Assembly: GCF_964355755.1 (NCBI RefSeq)
Contig: NC_092675.1
Span: 20,122,912 to 20,186,911 of the forward strand
Reading direction: 5' to 3'
Origin: Antedon mediterranea
Taxonomy: Eukaryota; Animalia; Echinodermata
DNA length: 64,000 bases
Positions 25,601 to 37,600 of the stretch are shown one piece after another; the first letter of the stretch is position 1; every line of letters starts with the position of its first letter. The notes beneath the pieces are model-generated. The model was not told the origin of the DNA, did no database searches, and was given only the letters and a program-made list of their open reading frames with translations. The position numbers and the translations under genes were made by a program.

Positions 25601-28600
25601 GATTCTGACTTGGTGGCAATCTCTTTGATAAAGGACGGCGCACCAACCGGATTTACAGGAATCCCTATTGATCAAAGTATAAATCAATATTGTAAGCAAT
25701 ATCAATCATTTTCACAATTTTTGAAAGCACACCTACAATAGCCTAGATCTTGTATTGGCCAATATTATTGTTTGTTAGCCATCCTCATTTTAAGCCATCC
25801 TTGACTAGTTTCAGTTGACATATGCATTGCCTTTGAGTGAGAGACCAGCAATTTATGTGCTTCATATATATTTTTTTATTCATTGTACTTTTTAGTAATA
25901 TTAAATAATTAGAATGACTGAACAATGATTATTGTTTGATTTCTATAGAAATACAACTTTAAATCTCATTTACATGAGTTTGTTCATAAAGTGGACAGAG
26001 CTTACGCATTGTATTTTGTGAAATAAGTTAAGATGTACGTGTTCCACTGAAAAACAATTTTAGTACTATAAATATTTTCTCCATTTTATTTGGCCCTCAA
26101 TTAGTTTTATTTTTATTAATTTATTTTTATTTTATGTCTTTAGACACATGTGGCCAAGGATTACTAATAGTAAATTAATCACTGTACTATCAGATAGGTG
26201 GTAATCCCTCTGATACAGGGGCTATTTTGGTAACCCCCTACTTGTCTCGAATTATGAACTGGGTTCTTTAAAGTGCTATAGTTTCTTTAGGGGTGTCTTT
26301 CATTTTGTAGCCCGTGTTTTGATATTCCTTCTGTGTTCTATACTTAAAAGTCATTATTAAAACTTTCGTCTCTAGCAATTAATGGATGGACATCTGCAAT
26401 GGTTGCAACCGAATTTGCACTCGGTGACCTTCAAGATCGGCAAACAACAACTGAACAGTTTGTCCTTTTGGCTGAAAACACTGCATTTACGTTAGCAACC
26501 ACGGCACAAGATACGGTCACGTATGTTATGAATTTTGTAATGCTTATTAGGCTGAACCGCAAAGAACCCATAACACAATTGATCTCCTGTTAATCTAAAA
26601 CGTGTAGCATTTCGAAAGGCAGTGTGGGATATGGAATATGAGCCAATGAGAGCCATCATTAGAAGTAGCGCACTCTCAATATTTTGGAAACTTAAGGCCC
26701 TATATATACTATGAGAGGAGATAAGATGATTTTTGGAATTTGGAATATTTTCACCCAGGGCTCATGCACACATTTTGTATTCTCATATGAACTAATTATG
26801 AATTAATAATAATAGTTTAGCTTTCTAGTCTGGTGAGGGTGCTGACAATTGACGTCAGCCAGTGTGACCTTATAATTAACTCTGTACTTCTGATAGAGTA
26901 GTTAAAAAAAATGACAGACAGGAGATTCTCATGCTATAAGTTCATTACTTCAATGAACAAAGAGTATTTTTCTCAGATTTACTATATACCATTGAATGTT
27001 TACACTAAATTGATGTTTTCTGTAGGGTTTTTTCAGCTGCACAAGCTAGTGGCCAGGAGGCAGTTGATGTTATTGATTATTATGAGGCAGTTGTGGTAAC
27101 CATTAACCAAGCTCAAATGGTTATTCAGAACGCTAATGATACAATTGATGCTACCAACGCATTCCTTGCTGAGGTGTCCATTGAGTCTCTGGCAGCACAA
27201 GCAAATTCGTCTAAGTTTCTGAGTAGATCAACTCTGGATGTTGTTGAATTGAGAGAGACAGATGTAGAAGGTGAGTTTAAATAGTAACGATGTTGTGGTT
27301 AACAAGTTTATCTTCTAATCCCGGGATCTGGTGTCGTTATTTTGTTATATATATGTACATACCTGGCAACAACCATTTTTGCAAGTATAAATAATGTCAA
27401 AATTTAGGCTGGCCCAAATCCAAAATCATAGCAATGACTTGTAATTATCTGGCCTCCCTCAGCCATAGTCATTTGCTGGTCATAAAACAGAATATCACCT
27501 TTAAATACTTTCAGTATGTGTTAGTGTATAGTATCAGTATAATCACACAAAGCATTTGGTACACACAAGAGATAATAATATGATGTTTTCATTTTATTCT
27601 CTTAGCTTTGAATAATTCATTAACTCAGGCAGAAAATGCTGTCGAAGATTCAGAAGCTCTGTGGGCAATTATAGAAGCTGACACTGCCACTCTTCAAACA
27701 TCTGCAACTTCTTTGGCGCTCCTTGCAGCAGGTAAAGGTTACAGATTCATAGTAGCATAACAACTAAATATTATTTAGGTTTTATTCTGTTCTGTTATAC
27801 TTTTATTTCAAAAGAGAATGAATGGAAATGTGGCTATTGACCAAGGTCCCTGACACACTCCATTCTCAGTGCTGTATCTCTCTGTATGACAATATTTGCA
27901 GGGGCGAATGCAGGGGTGTTGCCCCAGTTGCCCGGGCGACACCCTTAATTTCATACTAAATGTTTTTTTCTGCCACTAAATTAAAATTTAGATCCCATTT
28001 CATCATATTATATATTAACTATTAATGTTATAGAAGTCCAGGGTTGAAAAAGACTATATTTATCTTCATTTCCCTACGTCCGTAATATTTGGGCGAATTT
28101 CCGTAATAATTACGGATGCTCCGAACTTTGAAAAAACAGTGTTTAATTGCTTCTTTCTGCAAATTTCGATGGTGGTTGTACAGTTTATAGTGGATAAATG
28201 AAAATGAATTTTGGAAATTGTGATTTTACTGACTTATTTAGCATTTATTTCAAAATAATACAATTTAACGTTTTGCTCAATATATTTCAAATAGCAGCTT
28301 TACATTTTTTTTCTAAATTGTTTTAATTATTAATTGATAATAATAATTAATTTGTATTAATTGATTTTAATTCCTATAATTTATTACATTACCGGAAGTA
28401 CCTTCGTCGTGGACCTCATCTGGCCTTCGCATTGAACGCAAAAATGTTATCCTATTGTTTTTCGCTTGTGTTTTACCGGCGGAAAAAACAGGCCTGATAC
28501 GATCTTTTTGCTACTGTGTAGCCTGATATAGAGTGTCATTTCTATTTATCATGAATTTTACGCGCGAGAGTACCATTTCCGGCCATCTAGGGGTGTCATT

Positions 28601-31600
28601 TAAGAAAAATTCCTGTGCCGCAAATACTCAGTATAGCTACGTCTCTCTGAGGAATCTTGGGCAACCCCCTTAAAATCGTCCTGCGACCGCCCTGATTTGT
28701 CTAGGCAGGAAAGACTGGTCTAGGTAATAGGTAAATTCCTTAATGCAGCATATCATGTGTAGCCTGTATCATGGAAGGTTAGGTTATGTCTATATAATAC
28801 AGGCATCATATATGAAACACATGAGATGCTGTATCACAAAATTTGCCTACTGGACGAATTTTGATACATTGAGAATAGGCTGATATTGTTTTTTTTATTC
28901 ATTTCCTAAGATCCTATGATACAGCCTGCAATAAACGCTGGGATCACAGATGCAGTAGAAGCGAGTACGACCTCAAACACAGTAATGGACAACTCTGCTG
29001 TGCTTGATCAAGCTGTTCTTGCAAACGAGCAAGAAATAGTTGTTGTACAAGAATCCATTGCAAACTCTACCATGCTGCTGAATGAAATTCCAATTGTTGG
29101 TGAGTGAATCATGTTTTCATTGAAATGTTGACTCCAAATTTGTATTGCTATTATTGATTATGAAATTCTCTGATGAAGGGCTTGTGAAGGGCTAGTGTTG
29201 CCGAAAGCTCTGCTAATTTTTCTGGCTATTTTCTTTTTTTTATTTGTATCTCTATTTGAGATCCAGCCACTAATACCCACAGCATTGTCATTTTTTCAGT
29301 AATTTGATACACGTACCTTGCCAACATTATAAATTATAATTTAGCAAAACTTTAGTTTTCATTTTGACATGGGTAGTAAGCATAATTATTGTAGAGTTAT
29401 CAAACTTAAGTCAATTCAACATTTGCAATTATTTAAAATATCTAGATATATGTTTATCATTTTGTGCTTTTTATTTTATTTAAAGTGGTGTTTCTTGATA
29501 AACCCTGCTTAAATTTTGTCTGTTTATGAGACCTGCTCATTCTCTCAGATCATACTGTACGATGTTTTGTTTGTTTACTTGTTAATTGTAGCTAAGTTTG
29601 TCCCTGGCCTTTCTACGACATCCCAGCCTCAATTCCCAACTTAACCCTACCTTCTGTTTAGACTTAGATATTTACCTGGTAAGTTGGCTTCAGAGACAAA
29701 TTTGGTGGGTAGGGTAGGTCACCAACCTACCCAGGTAAAAAACTAAGCCTGAAGTTGTTTGACACTGACACCCTGCCTTCCAAGACATATGTCTTTGGGA
29801 TTGATAAAGAATTTTGTTTGCAGTATTTTATTTACTGTTCTTTTTCTTTTATATACTGGTACCACATCTCTTAATAAATATTTTTTTCTTCTATATTTCA
29901 TTTGGTGTTGCTTATCTATGTTGTTGTCTGTTTCTATGGTTGCTCAGCTGATGGTAAATATAATTTGTTATGTGATTATTGTTTGTTTTGCTAGTAATTT
30001 AGCCTAACTGTTTTGTGAAGTAAAATATTTGTTTATCTAAACTGTTGTTTTTAATTGTAATAGATTTAATTTAAAACTAATGATTTTTAATATCAAATTA
30101 TTTCAATTATATTGTGATTATTTTAGTCATAGTCATTTGTAGTCCTCCGAGTTCATGCCTAACACCTCAAAATAAAATGATTTTTAATATTGTTAATTTA
30201 TTCAATTCTATTTCTTTTGATAAAATTAGTTGGGCAGATTGAGACCGACGTTGATGACTTGTATTTCACGGTGAATCAGCTTGAATTGTTAAGAAACGAA
30301 ACTGCTGAACAACGTGTCGTAGTTACAGACAAACTTGCACTTTTACAACAGAAACTTCTGTTGGCTCAAGAGGCGGTGGCAGATTCCAAACAACCTGTGC
30401 GTTTTGCACCAGACAGCTCTCTTAGTATTGCGCGAGTTCCAACAGCGCAAATGCTTTTTAATGAACTCAGAATGGATCTGAAGACAGATTTGAGAGATAG
30501 TCTGGCATTTTTTCTTGAGAACAGGGAGACAGGTGCTCTTTTTGCCATTGAGGTTGTCACAAGTCATGTCCTATTCAAATTTAATGTAAATCAGGATATG
30601 GTAACAATAGAAAGTCCAATCGATGTCTGCTGTGGCGAGTGGTATCACATCATTGCAACAAGGTATCCTAATTTGTTCTTTTTTTTCACAATTAAGAATA
30701 GACTGGTGTTTCTTATTTTTCTTCTATACTTTCTGAGAATTTTCCCAAAGAAATGGCATTATTCTAATTCTATGATTTTGTGTAGTCAACATATAAAACG
30801 TACCAATGTGTATGTATTTATTGTACTCTATGATTTTGTGTGGTCAACATATAAAACGTACCAATGTGTATGTATTTATTGTACTCTATGATTTTGTGTG
30901 GTCAACATATAAAACGTACCAATGTGTATGTATTTATTGTACCAAAATGTATTGTTCACTAAAAGAAAAAAAAAATGTTTTGCATAATGAAGCATAATAT
31001 TTTTATAATAATTAAAGTTATATAGCCAAATAAAATACTGTAAACAAAGTAGAATGTGTTTAAAAATAAGTATTTATTTTCACTTCTCTCAGATATGGAA
31101 ATGAGGGAATGCTTACTGTAGAGAGATTGTCAACAGGAGGAGCATCTACAGATTTTCGTGCCAGTGTCATTACCTACGATAAATACATCAACTTCCACAC
31201 GACTCCGCTGTATTACGTTGGTGGAATACCAGCTGAATATCAGGTAAGGAGCATTATCATTGGAAATACACAATATTTAATGGCACTGGGGCTTGGTATT
31301 GACATGCTTCCTTACTATTCTCTGAGTCCTGGGTACAAATCCTCTCCTTAAGTGAGATTTTCCCCTTTAATTTCAATTAATAAATATATAAGAATTTCCC
31401 AAATCGAATTTACTCAAAACTCATTATGTCGACACGGAACTCAACTCTACACAGCTGAAAGGAACTAGTTGCGCAATAGCGCTTATGTCAACACTCTGAG
31501 CAACCGATTTGTAGTAGTACAGGAAACAGTATGCGTGAGCGCTAACGGTAACATCGAATTGATCCCTACTAGTCATGGTTACCCGTACCATACGAGTGGC

Positions 31601-34600
31601 TCTATTTGAAGTTATCAGTTCCGGAAAAAAAACTGAAAGCAACTAAGCAATATGTCAACATTTTTTTTTGTGCTTATGTCGACACAGTTGAGTGAAGTTG
31701 AGTTCCATGTCGACATAAGGGCCTTACATCCTAAATTTGACAAAAGATTTTTTTCAGATTTGATTTCTTTTATTTTTTTATACCATTTGATATATAAGTA
31801 GTTTAAGCTATGGTCACACTGACTTATTTGTTACTTTTTTATTTATTATTTTTCCTATTTCCTTCCTTTTTCATTAAATATTTTATCTTCTATACATTAA
31901 TCTAATATAGCGTACCATTAATAATTTGTTTTTTTTTTTTTTTTTTTCAAACACTAACAGTTAACACAAACTCTGACTTTTACTGGAACGGTAAATAATT
32001 TTTTAATGTTTATTAGTTTTCCACATATTGATCGATAAATAAAAAAGGTCTATCACAACACTATCACAGTTTTTCTGTTACATAATATTACACCTAAATA
32101 GATTCTTGTCATTTGATTGGATAATTGTGGGTCACATGATAAAAAGTAAGTGCCCTATCAATTGCTCCACATAGCGTGGTGAATTACGATTTTTTACCTA
32201 ATCAATTTATACCATCACACTCATAAACATTCATCATTTGTATATTATATACAGTACTTGCGTACTATACATTTCATATGTGGCATGGTTATACAAACAG
32301 GATATCAAATACATGTTTAAAAACAATATTGAAAGCACATGGAATAAATCTTTATTGTACATGTATTTAAAATCATTATTATTATTATCATAAGTTTTTT
32401 TGTTGTTTAATCCAAAATTCAGATTCAAGATATCATGGCAAATGAGGTAGTTTTTTTTATATAATTTTTTTTTCTTACGTTTTCTTTTTTTTTCTTATGT
32501 TCAGATGATCCTTACATTTAAACTGTTTTAATTATCGAACATTTACCCTAATATAGCAACTTTTACCGTTACATATTTAATTCTTTAACTCAGGGTCTAT
32601 AGACAAACTTATAGAAAAATTATTCTTGAAAACTACTTACTGAAGTTAGAATTGATGATCATTTCGTTTACCAAAGCTCTGTCTACACTATCAAAGTTTA
32701 TGTGACAAAAAATGTGATGTGCCCATATATGGACATGATGATGTCATATCACTACCATAGTTGGGCATATCATTACCATATTTGGGCACATCACACTAGT
32801 TTGGTAGTGTAGACAGAGCCTCAGGCTTGTAGATGAATTCTCTTGATTTAAATTCCATGCACATCAAACTCCATACAATGTCATTTTACCCAACTCACTG
32901 ACAATGGTTTGCTTGTGTAGGCAGACCCATCGTGGAAAGGATTGCTAAATTATGCATGTTTCTTGTAAAAAGACCACCTTAAAGGACATTTAAGGTCACA
33001 CTTTACATTAATGTTAATTTTCTTTCTGCTGACCTTCGATCATACAAATGATACCACATAATTTGTTACACTTTCTAAAATCCTATACCTACTTTTATAT
33101 TGATAAACATACTGAAATTATTTCATGTTAATCTCACATACATATACTGTCTGTCTACTTCAGTGTAGATTTTTTTCTTTTGTCTCTTTTGTTTCTTATT
33201 TTTAAGATAGCAATAGTTAAAATATGAAGGTATATTAAATTTGTGTTTAAATATCTTCTGTAAACAGGTTGATGCCAGTGTTCTTCAGCAGGTAAAAGGG
33301 GAACAAAATATTAATTTGTTGACAAAAAACAACCTCCATTTGTTTATGACTTTTTTTTTCTTCATTTTATTGCATGGTCACTGGGAGTTAGTGGGCATGA
33401 AGGTGAAAACGATGGCATAGAACAATGTATTTTCCAAAATAAAATTTTATTTATTAATTCAATTGGTTTTATATTGAATATATCTTATATTTAAATTTGT
33501 ATTTATCATTCTTTGATGCATGTAAGCTTGATGATGTAAGAAATATAATACAATTTTAATTGAATGTGATACATAAAAAAAAACTACCACATAACTATTT
33601 TATTATTTTTTTATTTTATGTTTATCCTTTTTATTTTCATTTGTAATAATAATATTTTTTTGGTTTTTTTGAAGCATGTTTTATTTCATTTCACTTTTAA
33701 TTTCATATTTGTTAAGACAGCATTCTCTCAACCGAAACAAACATTTAATGTTATTATTCATGGCAGTCCAAGCAGTAAATGTAAACTCTCCTAAATGCGT
33801 CATTGCAAATCTTGTATAAGAATTCCCTTTTTTAATTAAGCAGTACTGGCACATACAGTAGGTGAGCCACAGAGAGTTCCCTCACTGTAAAGAGCCCTGC
33901 CCAACAGCATGTGACCAGGGTGTTGTCTAATTACCATCACCCTAGTATTACCATGATGCTTGGGTCATATCCTATTGTAAAGTTCTGATTCTTTATACTG
34001 GTATTACATTACATTTCTTCGTTTTATTTTTCATAATCTGCATTCAGCCTCGTTTGCTGACTTTTTCTAGAACTCTTTATATTCTGATTGAGTATGCATT
34101 ACACTATTTATTTTCTATGAATTGTACAGATTCTTGTAGATGATAATCATTTATCTAAAAAGTCAACAATTTAAAATTGAATAATTACCTTGAAACAAGA
34201 AATTTTAATAATAATAATATCCTGGATTTATATGGTGCCTAATGTTGTGAAACCTCTAAGCACTGAACATATTATTACCCCGGTCATTTTTTGCATCAAA
34301 GTACACGTATGGAAACATACTCCCATAATGCAGCTAGTAATCAGCACATAGTCGTGTCTTGATCTAACTGGGCAAACATAAGTAAAGTATGCCTAAGGAT
34401 ACAAACAATGCAGCAGATTCAAACTACGATCTCACGATTAGTAGTCCAATTTCCAACACACCGCGCCACACACGACACACACATTTTGTGATGGGTTAGT
34501 ATCAAAGAACACCATAGATATATACAGTTTGTTTAATTTTGCAGACTGACAAAGTGCAGAGTCGTGATTTTGAAGGATGTCTTGCAAACATCTGGTTTGA

Positions 34601-37600
34601 TGGTGAGGAGCTTGACCTCTGGCGACCAGAAAGCTTAGCTGGGTCAACTTCTTGTTGTCCTCGTCCTGACGTGCCAGACTTAGGAGCAGTAACCCTTATA
34701 GATGGTATCAGCTTCACTGGGTTTGGCTATTTCCAGGTGAGTCATCTAGAACTTGTAGATAATGTTTGTTCAAAGAATTATGCTTTATGTTTTTTACATA
34801 ATCACAATGAAAATACAATTGTTCAATAGAAAATGTGATTTCAGCATTTTAATGTCTTAAAGCTAGTAATTTTTCTGACAACCTGCTATTTCTCAGCTGG
34901 AAGGCAGAGATTAACAAATATTAAATTACATCTCTCAGTTCAAGTCAAATTAGGAAAATCAACAAATTATATGTGAATATTATGTAGAAAAAAATATAAA
35001 ATATTGATATTTTAAAAATAATATAATAGTTGCTGAACACACAAGAAGAATTCAACGTCTTCCAACAAGCACGAATGTCTATAGAATTCAGGACGTCTAT
35101 CAGTGATGGTGTTGTGTTTCTCGTAACTCGCCAAGATCTCATCTCGTACATAGGCATCTTCATGGAAGCAAATAAGATTGTGTTTGAGATGAACACAGCT
35201 GGAAATACCAAGTACAAACTAACGAGTAATAGGGATTATAATAATGCGGAATGGGTTCAGGTAAGAATTCCTAGTGGTGATTGTGTTGGGTAATTTGAAA
35301 ACAGGTTGATTGATTTTAAAGTGTGTTTAATAAAGAGTTTTAGAGTGATTTGAAAATATGTTGAGTGATTTTAACATGTGTTGAGTGAATTGATGGTATT
35401 GAGTAATTTTAAAATGTTTTGAGAGATTTGAAAGCATTGAGTGATTTTAACACTTGTTGAGTGATTTTATGGTATGTTGAGTGATTTTAAAATGTTTTGA
35501 GAGATTTGAAAGCATGTTGAGTGATTTTAACCTGTGTTGAGTGAATTGATGGTATTGAGTGATTTTAAAATGTTTTGAGAGATTTGAAAGCATGTTGAGT
35601 GATTTTAACCTGTGTTTAGAGATTTGAAAGCATGTTGAGTGATTTTAACCTGTGTTGAGAGATTTGAAAGCATGTTGAGTGATTTTAACCTGTGTTGAGA
35701 GATTTGATGGTATTGAGTGATTTTAAAAGGTTTTGAGAGATTTGAAAGCATGTTGAGTGATTTTAACCTGTGTGGAGTGAATTGATGTTATTGAGTGCTT
35801 TTAAAATGTTTTGAGATATTTTAAAGTATTGAGTGATTTTAACACTTGTTGAGTGATTTTATGGTATGTTGAGTGATTTTAAAATGTTTTGAGAGATTTG
35901 AAAGCATGTGGAGTGATTTTAACCTGTGTTGAGTGAATTTATGTTATTGAGTGATTTTAAAATGTTTTGAGAGATTTGAAAGCATTGAGTGATTTTAACA
36001 CTTGTTGAGTGATTTGATGGTATGTTGAGTGATTTTAACCTGTGTTGAGAGATTTGAAAGTGTGTTAAGGGATTTAAAAATATGACATGAATTTAAACCA
36101 TGTTGAGTGATTTTTATACAGATTGTCATGTTCGTTCGTTCGTTCGTTTTTATTTCACAATGCATCAAACTTAATATTTTTACATAATAAGTATTAAATA
36201 AAAAAATGCAAAGCCTGGAAAAGACCAAATAAGCTCAATATAGAGCTTTAAGCCTGGTTTCACCAGTACAAAATACACTAATAATTGTATCAATTACAAT
36301 AGACAATAATTAAATATTAAGTAAAGTAGTAGAAATAATATTATATATATATATATATATTTTTTTTTATACACAATTACGCTACAGGACAATACAAACA
36401 CAACAAGAAGACAAACGTAAAGGGTCTTGTTTCTTTTGACAGGCTGGTGCAAACATTAAAAATCTTCGATATTCTTTATATATTTTCCAGTACGTTTACA
36501 TGTATTTTGTACATTATATGTTTAGGTTATCGCAGCTTATAATGCCAGCTACTACTCAATGCAAATTCGAGCTGCAAACGTAACTCAAACGCTGCTCTTC
36601 TATCAAGAGTCTCGGACGTATGCACCGTTATCTTTTCCAAATCTACGCTATTCTTCATCCAAGATAATGATTGGTTCTCCTGATCCCGCCCTGAGTTCCT
36701 CCACTGTGTAAGAAACTATTTACTTTATGAAAACTATGATTGAGTGATTTTATTTGTATCTCAAAACCTAATAGAAAGACAATTTGTCTAATGTAATTTG
36801 TAGCTATTGCATTTGTGAATTTTTCTCGGTTTGAAGTCAAACTCTTTATTTTTATATTATAATATTGTTTGTGGTGCCTCATTAGGGCCGTAGCCACCAG
36901 TACAGTTGGTAAGGTTTTAACCTGACCACTTTTTTACAGAGGCATTTGACAACACAATGGCTTGAACAGAGATTGTTCCCTTTTTTTGTGAAAACCACAC
37001 ACCACTTTATTTCTTGTAACTTCATCACTGCTCATGGTGTTCAAATCTCAAAATTGCTAGTTTATTAAATTATAATTTATATTGTTACCTCCGCCAAGGA
37101 GGTTATATTTTCATTTAAATATATGTTTGGATAAAATACTATAATGTGGAGTAGTCTTGAACTTTCTGATAATAATAACTGAATATTAATATAAGACTTC
37201 TATTATTTTTAACTAGGTAAAATGCTGTATTTCTTTCAATGTTATTATATATTTTTTAAATCATTAGACGTGGTCCAACTAACCTACGATTTGCTGGTTG
37301 TATGAGAAACCTTCAGTTGTCTGATGCTGGCTCATTGGTTCTCGTTCCTCGTCCGATGAATAATGAAACAGTTGCAGACTCGGAGGATGTATCGTTAGAT
37401 GGTTGCTTAGAACAAGTATGCTTTGAATTCCATTTATTTGATTATTTTGACTTTTAAATCACCAGCCTAAATTTTTTTCCCCTCGGCTTAGATTTTTTTC
37501 CCCTTGGCTTAGATTTGTATCCCATAGGCTTAGACTTTTACCCTAGATGCTTAGACAGTACCTCACCGGCTTTAACTTGTACCCAACCAGCTTAGATTTT

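Noticed and set aside
30663-31092. Possible U12 intron in the laminin gene (donor GTATCCTA)
   Set aside because: Position +8 deviates from consensus, there is no TCCTTAAC branch site near the acceptor, and a normal pyrimidine tract is present.
32505-32525. Third micro-exon after a strong pyrimidine tract and CAG
   Set aside because: No credible in-phase donor follows.
37211-37222. TTTTTAACTAG|GTAA as a recursive splice site
   Set aside because: The intron is only ~560 nt and the motif is expected by chance in AT-rich DNA.
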